A stretch of DNA of 64,000 nucleotides, from contig JAKFBZ010000027.1 in NCBI GenBank assembly GCA_036676945.1, positions 1,601-65,600 of the forward strand. Reading direction: 5' to 3'. A program made the translations under genes and the position numbers. Origin of the DNA: Marmoricola sp. Its GTDB lineage: Bacteria; Actinomycetota; Actinomycetes; Propionibacteriales; Nocardioidaceae. Below the pieces are notes generated by a model. The model did no database searches. It saw only the letters and a program-made list of their open reading frames with translations, and was not told the origin of the DNA. Positions 35,105 to 45,059 of the stretch are shown piece by piece (positions within the stretch are counted from its first letter, which is position 1; every line of letters begins with the position of its first letter).

Positions 35105-38100
35105 TCAGAACAGATCGCCTTCGGCGATCGCGCCCTGGTAGTCGCCGGATCCTGCGAAGTGAGCGTGGTACGTCCCGTTCACGTCGATCAGCAGATCCTC
35201 ACCGTCCGTGCTCGGGTCGATGTTGATCACCGTGTAGTCGCACTCGGCCAGACCGCTGGCGTTGGTGACCGCACTGCACAGGTGGTACGCCGGCCGGCTG
35301 CCGAACGGCTTGTTGGTGAAGGAGATGGTGCGCCCCACCAACGGGTCGCCGTCCGCGTCGGTCAGTCGTGCCCGCACGTACCCGAAGCGCGTGCCCAGCG
35401 GCGAGCCCGCGACCGGCGAACCGGCCACCAGCGTCACCGCCTGCTGCGCGACCTGCTGGGTGTAGACCGGCGAGGTGCTGCCGGCGAACGCCGTGTCGCC
35501 CGAGTACGCCGCCGTGATCGAGTGGGCGCCGCCGCTGAGGCCGGGGACCACGAGCGTGGCGACCCGCTGGCCGCCCACCGTGCTGATCGCGGAGGTGCCC
35601 AGGACCGCGGCGCCGTCGGAGAAGGTCACCGAACCGGTCGGTTCGCCGACGGTCGGGAACTGCTCGTTCACCGTCGCTGTCAGCGTGACGCTGTCACCGA
35701 AGGTCGCCGGGTTGACCGAGGAGGCGACGCCGGTCGTGGTCGGGGCTCGGCCCACCGCGACGGAGGTGGTGTTCTCCGAGCCGGTGAAGTTGAAGTTCCC
35801 GACGTACTCGGCCCGGACGGTGTGGCTGCCCGGAGACAGCGTGCTGGTCACGAACGACGCTGTCGCGGCGTTGGTCCCGGCCGGGACGAGGCTGCTCGAG
35901 CCGAGAAGCTCGCCGCCCTCCCAGAAGCGGACCACGCCGGACGGCTTGCCGTTGGCCGGAGCCACCGCGTTGACCGTCACGTCGAAGGTCACCGGCGCGT
36001 TGTAGGCCGCCGTGGCCGGACCGGTGAGGCCCAGCGTCGTGGCGCCCTTGCTCGTGAACTGGCCGCTGCCCTGGTCGAGCAGACCGTCGCTCTTGAAGAA
36101 GTTGCCGTCGCCGCTGTACTGCGCCTTGACCTTGTAGGTACCGGGCGTCAGGGCGGAGAACGACGGGCTGGTCGCGACACCGTCCACGATCGGACGCTGA
36201 CCTCCGAGCGGCAGGCCGTTGATCGTGAACAGGACCGTGCCCGACGGGTCGCCGGCACCCGGCGCGACCGGGGTGACCGCCGCGGAGAACGTCGTCGGCT
36301 GGCCGGTCAGAGCCGGGTTGTTCGACGAGGTCACCACAGTCGAGGTCGACGCCTTCTGCACCGTCTGCGTCGAGGATGCGTTGCTGCCCAGGAAGCTGCC
36401 GTCCCCGCTGTAGGTCGCGGTGATCGCGTGCTGGCCGACCGCGAGGGCGGAGGTGGTGAGCGTGGCCTGGAAGGCCGAGTTCACCGGCACCGTGGCCAGG
36501 ACGCTGCTGCCGTCCTTGAACACGATGTCCCCCGTCGGGGCACCAGCACCCGGAGCCGTCACCGTCACCGAGGCGGTGAAGGTGACCGGCTGTCCGAAGA
36601 CCGAGCTCGGCGCGCTGCTGACCAGGGCGGTGCTGGTCGCCGCCTTGTTCACCTGCTGGCTCAGCGAGTCCTCGCTGCCGCTGAGGAACTCGGTGCTGTC
36701 GCTCAGGTACCGGGCGACGACCGCGTGCGTGCCGACCGGCAGGTTGCTCAGCGTCACTTCCGCGACGCCGCCGACCATGTCCGGGGTGGCCACGGTGACA
36801 CCGTTGACCCGGAACCGCACCGCGCCGGTGGGGTCACCGGACGAGGGCGCCTGCGGCGAGACCTCGGCACGGAAGGTGACTCCCTGGCCGAACACCGACG
36901 GGTTCTGCGAGGAGGTCAGCACGATGTCGGTCTGGGCCGGCGTCACGACCTGCGTGTACGCCGAGTCCGAACCCGCGTAGTTGGAGTTGCCGAGGTAGTT
37001 CGCGGTGACGTTGTGCGACCCCACGAGCATGCTCGTCGTCGGCGACGTCGCCTGGCCGTTGACCAGGGTGACCGGGCCGCCGAGCGGCTGACCGTCGACC
37101 TCGAACTGGACCTGACCCGCCGGCACGCCGGCGCCGGGCGCCACCGAGACCACGTTGGCCGTGTAGCTCAGCGGCTGACCCGACACGGCGGTCGCGTCCG
37201 AGGTGCTGAGGCTCAGGTTCGTGTCCGCGCGCTCGACACCGTGGGTGACGACCGCCGACGAACTGGGGTTGAAGTCGGCGTCACCGTTGTAGACGGCCTC
37301 CACGTCGTGGTTGCCGGCATTCAGGTTGCTGACCGTGAGCTGGGCGGTGTTGCCGCTCAGCGGGACCGCGGTGCCGAACGGCGCACCGTCGATGTTGAAC
37401 TGGACGCCGCCGGTCGGAGCGCCGACGCCGGGGGCGACCACGCCGATCGTCGCGGTGAAGGTCACCGCTTGGCCGAACTTGGTCGGCGTCGGTGCCGCGT
37501 TCAGCTGAGTGGTGGTGTCCGCCTTGACGGTCGTGGCGGTCCTGGTCGCAGCGGTGCTGGTCAGGAAGTTGGCGTCACCGCTGTAGACCGCACCGACCGT
37601 GTGCGTGCCGGTGCTCAGGGCGTCGGTGGCCGGCGTCGTGGCGACGCCGCTGCCGTTCACGGACACCGGAGCCCCGAAGTCCGATCCGTCCACGGTGAAC
37701 TGGACCGAACCGGTCGGCGTTCCGGTCCCGTTCGTCTTCGCGACAGTCGCCGTGAAGCTCTGGAACTCGCCGTGCACGATCGTCGCCGGCTGGGTGAGAG
37801 TCGTGGTGGTGGCGTTCTTGGTCACGTCGAACGAGCGGCTGATGCCGGTCGAGCCCCAGCGCGCCGAGCCCGCGTAGCCGATCGTCAGCGCGGCCGTTCG
37901 CGGCGGGCCGCTCACCGGCAGGTTGACGGTCACGTTGCCGGCCGCGTTGGTCACGCCGCTGGTGGAGCCGCCGCCGGTCAGCGCGAAGCTGATCGTGTGA
38001 CCGGCCAGGTTGGTGAGACCGGTCGGGGCCAGGTCGGCGATGTTGGCCGTGATCCCGCTGAGCGTGGTGTTCTGCGGGGCACTGAGCGGATCGTTGTAGG

Positions 38101-38506
38101 TGATCCCGAACCGGTTGTCGATCGTGACCGCACTCGTCGAGGTGTTGGTCGAGTTGCTGCAGGCGAGGAAGCCTGACCGGTTGACCTCCTCCACCCTGAC
38201 CGTGTAGCTGCCGTTGTCGTAGCTGTGGGTGTCGATCGAGACGGACTTGGCGCCGGTGCCGGTCTGCTCGTTGCTGAAGACGGTGGCGCCTCCGGAGTTG
38301 ACCAGGAAGAACCGGGTCCGGGCCGACGTACCGCTCAGGCACGCCGTCCCGTTGCTGGTGGCCCCCGAGGCCGAGAGCGTCGTGTTGCCACGGAGCACGG
38401 ACCCGTTGCCGGGAGCCGTGATCGCAGCCTCCGCGGGACCGGTGACCACCAGGACGAGGCCCAGGGCCGTGACGAGAGCCGCAAGGGCGGCGGTGATTCT
38501 GCGCAC
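35105..38506 (-). CDS. Giant secreted Ig-like repeat protein B (8 Big_3-type repeats)
   Basis: Signal peptide …GPAEA; repeats T.T.L.S..P…GQ.VTFTA.V…P.G.V.F..DG…H.V.A.Y.G. Start GTG 38506 (AAGGA RBS) or 38542. Confidence 0.85.
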   Translation of the reverse strand: MRRITAALAALVTALGLVLVVTGPAEAAITAPGNGSVLRGNTTLSASGATSNGTACLSGTSARTRFFLVNSGGATVFSNEQTGTGAKSVSIDTHSYDNGSYTVRVEEVNRSGFLACSNSTNTSTSAVTIDNRFGITYNDPLSAPQNTTLSGITANIADLAPTGLTNLAGHTISFALTGGGSTSGVTNAAGNVTVNLPVSGPPRTAALTIGYAGSARWGSTGISRSFDVTKNATTTTLTQPATIVHGEFQSFTATVAKTNGTGTPTGSVQFTVDGSDFGAPVSVNGSGVATTPATDALSTGTHTVGAVYSGDANFLTSTAATRTATTVKADTTTQLNAAPTPTKFGQAVTFTATIGVVAPGVGAPTGGVQFNIDGAPFGTAVPLSGNTAQLTVSNLNAGNHDVEAVYNGDADFNPSSSAVVTHGVERADTNLSLSTSDATAVSGQPLSYTANVVSVAPGAGVPAGQVQFEVDGQPLGGPVTLVNGQATSPTTSMLVGSHNVTANYLGNSNYAGSDSAYTQVVTPAQTDIVLTSSQNPSVFGQGVTFRAEVSPQAPSSGDPTGAVRFRVNGVTVATPDMVGGVAEVTLSNLPVGTHAVVARYLSDSTEFLSGSEDSLSQQVNKAATSTALVSSAPSSVFGQPVTFTASVTVTAPGAGAPTGDIVFKDGSSVLATVPVNSAFQATLTTSALAVGQHAITATYSGDGSFLGSNASSTQTVQKASTSTVVTSSNNPALTGQPTTFSAAVTPVAPGAGDPSGTVLFTINGLPLGGQRPIVDGVATSPSFSALTPGTYKVKAQYSGDGNFFKSDGLLDQGSGQFTSKGATTLGLTGPATAAYNAPVTFDVTVNAVAPANGKPSGVVRFWEGGELLGSSSLVPAGTNAATASFVTSTLSPGSHTVRAEYVGNFNFTGSENTTSVAVGRAPTTTGVASSVNPATFGDSVTLTATVNEQFPTVGEPTGSVTFSDGAAVLGTSAISTVGGQRVATLVVPGLSGGAHSITAAYSGDTAFAGSTSPVYTQQVAQQAVTLVAGSPVAGSPLGTRFGYVRARLTDADGDPLVGRTISFTNKPFGSRPAYHLCSAVTNASGLAECDYTVINIDPSTDGEDLLIDVNGTYHAHFAGSGDYQGAIAEGDLF

Positions 38507-38538
38507 GGGTGCTATTCCTTTTCTCTGGGTCTGCCGGG

Positions 38539-41500
38539 TCACTTGATCAGCGCGCCGTTGGACGTGGAACCGACGTAGTCGCCGCTGCCGGGGTAGGTCG
38601 CCTTGTAGCCGCCGGCCAGGATCAGCTGGATCAGCTTCGAGTCGGCGTCGCAGACGGCGAGCCCCGCCCCGTCGGTGACGATCGTGCAGGCGGTCACTCC
38701 GCCGATCGTGAACACCACCGGCTGGCCGGCCAACGGGCCGGACGCGGTGCTGAGCCTCGCCTTCAGCAGGCCGAGGTTGATCCCGAGAAGGGGGTTCAAC
38801 CTGACCAGGGCGGCCTCGGCGACCAGGCCGGTCGCCTTCTTGGCCACCGTGACCGTGACGACCGCGGAGGTGCTGGCGCCGAACGCGTCGGCCCCGTTGT
38901 AGACCGCCGTGACCGGGTGCGCACCACCGGAGAGCGCCGCCGTGCTGAACGTCGCCTTCCCGTTGCCGCCGACGGCCGCCAGCGGAACGGTGCCCAGCGG
39001 GGTGCTGCCGTCGATGAAGGTCACCGTGCCGGTCGGGGCGCCCAGGGCCCCCGAGCCCGGTGTCACCGTCGCGGTGAGCGTCACCGTGTCACCGAAGGTC
39101 GGCGACGTGGTGGAGGCGGCCAGCGCGGTGCTGGTGCCGATGACGCCGACGCTCTGCGTCAGCGTCCTGGTCTCGCCCAGGAAGTGCTCGTCACCGGAGT
39201 ACACCGCAGTCACGGTGTGCGCCCCCGGGGTCAGCGACGTCGTGCTCGGGCTGGTGGCCTCACCGTCGCCGTCGACGGCGACGGCACCGCCGAGCGCGAC
39301 ACCGTCGACCCGGAACTGGACGAACCCGCCCGGAGTGCCGGTCCCGGCCTGGTTGGACGCCACCGTTGCGTGGAAGTCCACGGACTGGCCGTGGTTGCTG
39401 TTCGCGTGGGAGGACGTCAGGCCCAGCGTCACCGAGGCGCTGTCGACCTGCTGGGTGACGGTGTCACCCGAGGCCGCGTACGCCGCGGAGGAGGCGAAAG
39501 CCGCGATCACCAGGTGGTCGCCCGGCTCCGGGGAGGAGACGGTCGGGCTCTCCGCGTCGCCGTTGGCGTCGACCGGGACCGGACCACCGATGTCGGTGCC
39601 GTCGATCGAGAACTGAACGGCACCCAGCGGCGCGCTGTCGTCGTCGGCTTCCACGTGAGCGGTGAAGGTCACCAGTTCGCCGAAGGTCGACGGGCTCTTC
39701 GACGACGTGACGGTCGTGGTGGTCGCGACGACCGCGGTCGCCGCGATCACGATCTGGTCGACCGCGTCGGCGGTGCTGCCGTTGTAGTCGGCGTCGCCGG
39801 CGTACTCGGCCGTGATCGCGTGCGTGCCGACAGGAAGGAACGAGGTGGTGAAGGTGGCCTGGCTGCTGCCGCCCGACGGTGCGAGCGCCGCCGACCCGAT
39901 CTCGTCACCGCCGGCGAAGAAGACCACCGTGCCGGTCGGCGAGCCGGAGCCCGGCGACTGCGCCGCGACGGTCGCGGTGACGGTGACCGCTTCCTCCTCG
40001 ACCTGCGGCGACGGCCCGGTGAGGACGACGTTGACGGTGTCGGCCTTCGCGACCGCCTGGGTCAGGCTGTCGGAGTCGGTCCTGAAGTTCGCGTCACCGC
40101 TGTAGGAGACCGCGACCGTGTGCGAACCGGCACCGAGGTCGGAGACCGGGTCGAAGGCGACCGCGCCACCGACCAGTGCGACCGGGGAGCCCACGTTGTT
40201 GCCGTCGATCACCAGCTGGGCGGTGCCGGACGGCACACCCGAGCCCGGGGCGACCGGCGCCACCGAGGCCGTGAAGTGGACGGTCTCGCCGGTCACCGTG
40301 GAGGTGTCCGAGCTCTGCAGGTCGACGACGGTGTCGGCCTTGGCGACCGTGGTGGCCGTCGGCGCGGAGGCGCTGGCGGCGTACACGTCGTCACCGGAGT
40401 AGTTCGCGGTGATCGAGTGCGAGCCGACCGGGATGTCGGTCAGGTCGAGCTCGGCGTTACCGGAACCGTCCAGTGCGGCGGTGCCCAGGATGCTCAGACC
40501 GTCGAAGAAGGTCACCGAGCCGGTGAGCGGGTCGGACCCGCTGACCTTGGTCACGTTGGCGGCAAGGTTCACGTTCTGGCCGTACACCGAGGAGGTCGGG
40601 GTGATGACCTGCGTGGTGGAGGTGCCGAGCAGCGGGTTGCGGACCCGGAACTGGACGGCGGGCGAGGCGCTGCCGCTGTGGTCGGCGCTGCCGAGGTACG
40701 TCGCGACCACGTTGTGGAAGCCCAGCGGCAGCGTGGAGATCGCGGCGCTGGTCGCCGAACCTCCGGAGAGGGCGATCGGCGAACCGAAGTCCGCGCCGTC
40801 GACCGAGAACTGGACCGAGCCGGCGGGGGTGCTGCCGCCGAAGGTCGGGGCGATGGTCGCGGTGAAGGTGACCGGGTCACCGAGGATCGCGACGCCCGGG
40901 TTCGCGACCACGGTGCTCGTCGTCGGGATCGTCGTGACGGTGAAGCCGGCGCTGGTGGAGGCGGCCTCGAGGTCGGCTGCTCCGGCGAACGAGGCCGAGA
41001 TCGTCGTCGAGCGCGGCGCCGCGTTGACCGGGATCGTCGCGGAGGCGACACCGGCTGCGTCGGTGGTCGCGTTGACCGTGGCACCCCCGCCGAGGGTGAA
41101 GGTCACGGTGCGACCGGCTGCGTTGGCCTGGTCGGCCAGGTCGTTGAGCTGGGCGCTCACCACGGCCGTACCGGTCTGCGGGCCGGCGATCGCACCGGTG
41201 TAGGCGATCGAGGAGCAGTCCTTGGCGCTGACCACGATGGTGGTCGCACCGATTCCACCGCCTCCGGTGAGGAAGACGCCGTAGTTGCCGCGCGAAGGCT
41301 GCGCGCCGCCACGGGCGAGGCCGTCGCTGACGCTCGGGGCGGTCACGTTCACGGTGTAGGCACCGTTCGAGCCGGTGACCGTGGTGAAGGTCTGACCGGA
41401 CCCGGGGCTCACCTGCGAGGTGTCCACCCGGGCGGTGACGGTCTGTCCGGCCGAGCCGCCGACGATGTTGCCGGAGATGGCCACGTTGCCGCCGGCGCAC

Positions 41501-42444
41501 GTGTACGACGGCGTGCCGGTGGCGGTGATCAGGGTGCCGCCGGAGGTGTTCGCCGCGGTCATGGTGCGGTTCAGCGTGACGGCGCCGCCGTCGAGCGGCA
41601 GGACGAGGGTCTCCTTGACCTGGTTCTTGAACTGCGGCGACCAGTAGGAGTCGTCCGACATCGACGCGTCGGCGTTCTGGCTGAAGACCCGCTTGACCGG
41701 GAGGGCGCCGTTGCCCATCGCGTTGACCGTGGTCGAGGTCGTGTTCGCCGGGGCGTCGAAGTGGAGCGTGCCGTCGAACGGCGAGGCACCGGTGCCGCCG
41801 AGCGAGCCGGCGTCGTAAGTGAACCCGCCGGTGTAGCGGACGTCGGTGAGGGTGTGCCAGTTGTCGCCGTTGTTCAGCGGGAAGTCGTGGACCTTCCAGC
41901 TCGGGTTCGGGGTGAGGTGCAGCTCGATGTCCGCGACGATGTTCGTCGAGATGATCGAGACCGTCGCCCGGGCGGTCAGGTGCTGGAACTGGTTCTCCTG
42001 GAGCAGCGCCAGGTCCGACGTACGGACGTAGCGGGTACCGCTCACCGTGCCGCCGAAGTTGCCGAGGCTGGCGTTGCCGACGCCGTCCACGGCGACCGAG
42101 CCGCTGCCACCGGTGATGGTGCCGCTGATGTTCAGCTTGTAGGCGTCGTGACCGCCGAAGTCCTCGCGACCCACGACCGAGTACGTGACCGTCTCGTTGA
42201 TCGTGACGTCGGTGCCTTCGGCCTGGTAACGGAACGAGGTGTTGCCGTAGGTCCAGGAGTTGCCGGTCTGCCACACAGCGACGTCGTCGCCGGTCGCCTG
42301 GACGGCGACCGCCGGCGAGCCGGCGAAGGCCGTCAGACCGGCCGCGAACATCGCGAGCACAGTGGCCAGGATCAAGCGGGAGCGCGTACGCCGCCCTGCC
42401 TGTCCGGTACGACGAACTCCGACATCGGATCCGCGAACACGCAT
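38539..42444 (-). CDS. Giant secreted Ig-like repeat protein A (7 Big_3-type repeats, beta-rich N-terminal domain)
   Basis: Signal peptide …SPAVA; ~250-aa non-Ig N-terminal domain; repeats as in the downstream paralogue. Confidence 0.85.
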   Translation of the reverse strand: MRVRGSDVGVRRTGQAGRRTRSRLILATVLAMFAAGLTAFAGSPAVAVQATGDDVAVWQTGNSWTYGNTSFRYQAEGTDVTINETVTYSVVGREDFGGHDAYKLNISGTITGGSGSVAVDGVGNASLGNFGGTVSGTRYVRTSDLALLQENQFQHLTARATVSIISTNIVADIELHLTPNPSWKVHDFPLNNGDNWHTLTDVRYTGGFTYDAGSLGGTGASPFDGTLHFDAPANTTSTTVNAMGNGALPVKRVFSQNADASMSDDSYWSPQFKNQVKETLVLPLDGGAVTLNRTMTAANTSGGTLITATGTPSYTCAGGNVAISGNIVGGSAGQTVTARVDTSQVSPGSGQTFTTVTGSNGAYTVNVTAPSVSDGLARGGAQPSRGNYGVFLTGGGGIGATTIVVSAKDCSSIAYTGAIAGPQTGTAVVSAQLNDLADQANAAGRTVTFTLGGGATVNATTDAAGVASATIPVNAAPRSTTISASFAGAADLEAASTSAGFTVTTIPTTSTVVANPGVAILGDPVTFTATIAPTFGGSTPAGSVQFSVDGADFGSPIALSGGSATSAAISTLPLGFHNVVATYLGSADHSGSASPAVQFRVRNPLLGTSTTQVITPTSSVYGQNVNLAANVTKVSGSDPLTGSVTFFDGLSILGTAALDGSGNAELDLTDIPVGSHSITANYSGDDVYAASASAPTATTVAKADTVVDLQSSDTSTVTGETVHFTASVAPVAPGSGVPSGTAQLVIDGNNVGSPVALVGGAVAFDPVSDLGAGSHTVAVSYSGDANFRTDSDSLTQAVAKADTVNVVLTGPSPQVEEEAVTVTATVAAQSPGSGSPTGTVVFFAGGDEIGSAALAPSGGSSQATFTTSFLPVGTHAITAEYAGDADYNGSTADAVDQIVIAATAVVATTTTVTSSKSPSTFGELVTFTAHVEADDDSAPLGAVQFSIDGTDIGGPVPVDANGDAESPTVSSPEPGDHLVIAAFASSAAYAASGDTVTQQVDSASVTLGLTSSHANSNHGQSVDFHATVASNQAGTGTPGGFVQFRVDGVALGGAVAVDGDGEATSPSTTSLTPGAHTVTAVYSGDEHFLGETRTLTQSVGVIGTSTALAASTTSPTFGDTVTLTATVTPGSGALGAPTGTVTFIDGSTPLGTVPLAAVGGNGKATFSTAALSGGAHPVTAVYNGADAFGASTSAVVTVTVAKKATGLVAEAALVRLNPLLGINLGLLKARLSTASGPLAGQPVVFTIGGVTACTIVTDGAGLAVCDADSKLIQLILAGGYKATYPGSGDYVGSTSNGALIK

Positions 42445-42691
42445 TCCAGAACCCCTTCAACGGCGTTGCCCACGGACAAGGACATCCGTGGCGAGCGAGT
42501 TCTAGCAGGCCTCAAGTTGCGACGACAATCACTTTGGTCAACTTGTTGAACGCGTGAGTTCCGACCTTTCGCCGCCTCATTTCGGGCATAGCAAACGAAG
42601 TCGGACCGGGGTTACGCACGGGTAGAACCCGTTCTCGAATTCGAGGGCCGTAAAGAAAGTTGCGACTGGGCCAAGACCGGTCTACTCTCTC

Positions 42692-42718
42692 GATGAAACG
42701 AAACCGTTTCGTTTCATC
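42692..42718. promoter_or_regulatory. TetR operator: 27-bp palindrome with perfect 13-bp arms
   Basis: GATGAAACGAAAC-C-GTTTCGTTTCATC immediately before the RBS of a tetR-MFS operon. Confidence 0.8.
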
Positions 42719-42741
42719 CGTCAGAGGAGGAGCCCGGTCGC

Positions 42742-43425
42742 GTGATGATGAGCGTGCTGCACACCAAGCACCGCCCCCGCATCGAAGGCGAGCGCGAGGA
42801 CGAGATCCTCGACGCCTGCGTCGAGCTCCTGATGGAGGTCGGCTACGACCGGCTCACGATGGACGCCGTCGCCAAACAGGCACGCGCCAGCAAGGCGACC
42901 CTCTACCGCCGTTGGGAGAGCAAGGCCAGCCTCGTCGTCGAGGCGCTCGCACGGGCCAAGTCGGCACCGAGTGTCGACGACCACGACACCGGAGCTCTGC
43001 GCTCGGATCTGCTGGCCACGTTCTGCGGCCACGAAGGGTTGAGCGGCGCCGCGACCGGGATCCTCGGGTCGGTCCTCACCGCGGTGAGCACGGACCCCGA
43101 GTTCGCCGACGAGTTCCGGGCCAAGTTCATCGCCCCGAAGATCGCCGTGAGCCGGACGATCTACGAACGGGCCATCGCCCGGGGGGAGATCGCCGCGGAC
43201 GTCGACATCACGCTGATCGCCCCTGCGCTCGCCGGCATCCTCCTGCACCGCGCGTTCATCCTCGGCGAGACCATCGACGACGCGAGCATCGAGCGCGTCA
43301 TCGACAACGTGATCCTCCCCGCCGTACGCCACCCCGCGTGCGCCGGCGACAGCACTTCCGACAACACCCCGTCCCCGAAGAAGGCCGACACCAAGGCCGT
43401 CACCACAGCAAGGAAGAATTCATGA
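42742..43425 (+). CDS. TetR/AcrR-family regulator
   Basis: GYDRLTMDAVAKQARASKATLYRRWESK HTH; DTGALRSDL C-terminal domain. Start 42742-42748. Confidence 0.92.
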   Translation: MMMSVLHTKHRPRIEGEREDEILDACVELLMEVGYDRLTMDAVAKQARASKATLYRRWESKASLVVEALARAKSAPSVDDHDTGALRSDLLATFCGHEGLSGAATGILGSVLTAVSTDPEFADEFRAKFIAPKIAVSRTIYERAIARGEIAADVDITLIAPALAGILLHRAFILGETIDDASIERVIDNVILPAVRHPACAGDSTSDNTPSPKKADTKAVTTARKNS

Positions 43426-45056
43426 CCGACATCGCAGAGGCCAAGGCGGACCCCACCGGGCGCGCCGAAGGCCACACGCATCTGGGCTGGGCCCTGGTGC
43501 TCATCTCGGTGGCGCAGCTGATGGTGGTGCTCGACAGCACCATCGCCAACATCGCGCTCCCCTACATCCAGCAAGACCTGGGCATCTCCGCAGCGAACCT
43601 GCAGTGGGTCGTCACCGGCTACGCGCTCGCCTTCGGCGGTCTGCTCCTCCTCGGCGGTCGGCTCGGTGACCTGTACGGCCGCCGCCTCGTCTTCATGATC
43701 GGTGTCGCGATCTTCGCGATCGCCTCCGGTCTCGGCGGCCTCGCCCAGAACGAGCTGATGCTGCTCGGTTCCCGGGGACTCCAGGGTCTCGGCGCCGCAC
43801 TGGCCGCGCCTACCGCCCTCGCGCTGATCACCACGAACTTCCCGGCCGGTGCCCAGCGCAACCGCGCCTTCTCCGTGTACGCCGCGATGTCGGGCGTCGG
43901 TGCCGCGGTCGGCCTGGTCCTCGGCGGCTGGCTGACCGGCCTGACCCCGGAGGTCTTCGGCCTGGACGTCGAGGGCTGGCGGCTGACCTTCCTGATCAAC
44001 GTCCCGATCGGCATCGCGGCGGCATACTTCGCCCCCAAGCTGCTGGCCGAGTCCGAGACCCACCCGGGAGAGCTCGACCTGCCCGGCGCCTTCACCGGCA
44101 CCCTCGGCCTGGTCTCGCTGGTCTACGGCATCTCCCGGGCCGGCGGCGAGGCGGGTTGGGACGACCCGTGGACGATCACCTTCATGGCCGTCGGGGTCGG
44201 GCTGCTGGCCCTGTTCGTCGCGATCGAGCGTCGCGTCGAGCACCCGCTGCTGCCGCTGCGGATCCTGACCAACCGCACCCGGGCGACGGCGTTCGTGACG
44301 ATGATGATCGTCCCGGCCGCGATGTTCGCGATGTTCTACTTCCTCTCCCAGTTCGTCCAGAACGTGATGGGTTACAGCCCGCTGCACACGGGTTTCGCGT
44401 TCCTGCCCTTCAGCGTCGGCATCGTCGCCGGTGCGGCGATCTCGTCGAAGCTGCTGACCAGGATGGACCCGCGGATCCTGGCCGGCGCCGGCACGATCTT
44501 CGCCGGCTTCGCGCTGCTGAACTTCTCGCGGCTCTCGATCGACGATTCACCGAAGAACATCCTGGCGACGGCGTTCGGCGACGGCTACCTGGGTACCGGG
44601 GTCAACTACTGGGTCGACCTGTTCCCGTTCATCATCCTGATGGCGTTCGGCATGGGCCTGACCTTCGTGCCGATGACACTGACCGCCGTGTACGGCGTCG
44701 ACCACCGCGACTCGGGGGTCGCCTCGGGTGTGCTGAACACCATGCAGCAGGTGGGTGGCGCGCTCGGTCTGGCGACGCTGTCGACCGTTGCGGTGCAGGC
44801 GATCCAGGACAAGAGCGCATCGCTCGGTGCGGCCGTGATGGCGATCGCGCCCGGCGGTGGTGGAGCCGACCCGGAGGCCGCGGCGTCGCTGAAGAACGTG
44901 ATCGGTCAGGCGGCCTTCACCGAAGGAAGCACGCATGCCTTCATGACCGGCGCGTTCATGATCTGGACGGCGAGCCTGATCGTGTGGATGTTCCTCAACG
45001 TCAAGCACGAGGACCTCGCCACCGATGACGCGCCCGACGGCGTGCACATCGGCTGA
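43422..45056 (+). CDS. MFS drug:H+ antiporter (DHA2, 14-TMS)
   Basis: LMVVLDSTIANIALP, GGRLGDLYGRR motif A, RGLQGLGAAL. ATG at 43422 overlaps the tetR stop. Confidence 0.92.
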   Translation: MTDIAEAKADPTGRAEGHTHLGWALVLISVAQLMVVLDSTIANIALPYIQQDLGISAANLQWVVTGYALAFGGLLLLGGRLGDLYGRRLVFMIGVAIFAIASGLGGLAQNELMLLGSRGLQGLGAALAAPTALALITTNFPAGAQRNRAFSVYAAMSGVGAAVGLVLGGWLTGLTPEVFGLDVEGWRLTFLINVPIGIAAAYFAPKLLAESETHPGELDLPGAFTGTLGLVSLVYGISRAGGEAGWDDPWTITFMAVGVGLLALFVAIERRVEHPLLPLRILTNRTRATAFVTMMIVPAAMFAMFYFLSQFVQNVMGYSPLHTGFAFLPFSVGIVAGAAISSKLLTRMDPRILAGAGTIFAGFALLNFSRLSIDDSPKNILATAFGDGYLGTGVNYWVDLFPFIILMAFGMGLTFVPMTLTAVYGVDHRDSGVASGVLNTMQQVGGALGLATLSTVAVQAIQDKSASLGAAVMAIAPGGGGADPEAAASLKNVIGQAAFTEGSTHAFMTGAFMIWTASLIVWMFLNVKHEDLATDDAPDGVHIG

Positions 45057-45059
45057 GAG

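Noticed and set aside
38509-42549. 1346-aa plus-strand ORF (also 35159-38176, 29023-32100, 12053-14491, 3875-6136, 6246-8063)
   Set aside because: Antisense shadows of real genes. High GC3 suppresses stops; products are Arg/Gly-rich with no motifs.
42514-42666. AAGTTGCGAC direct repeat (42514 and 42657) and small palindromes upstream of the Ig operon
   Set aside because: Two 10-mers 143 bp apart with no recognisable regulator motif; cannot be separated from chance without comparative data.
42660-45056. Apparent 798-aa N-terminally extended MFS
   Set aside because: The first ~250 aa are an off-frame reading of tetR; the real MFS starts at ATG 43422.
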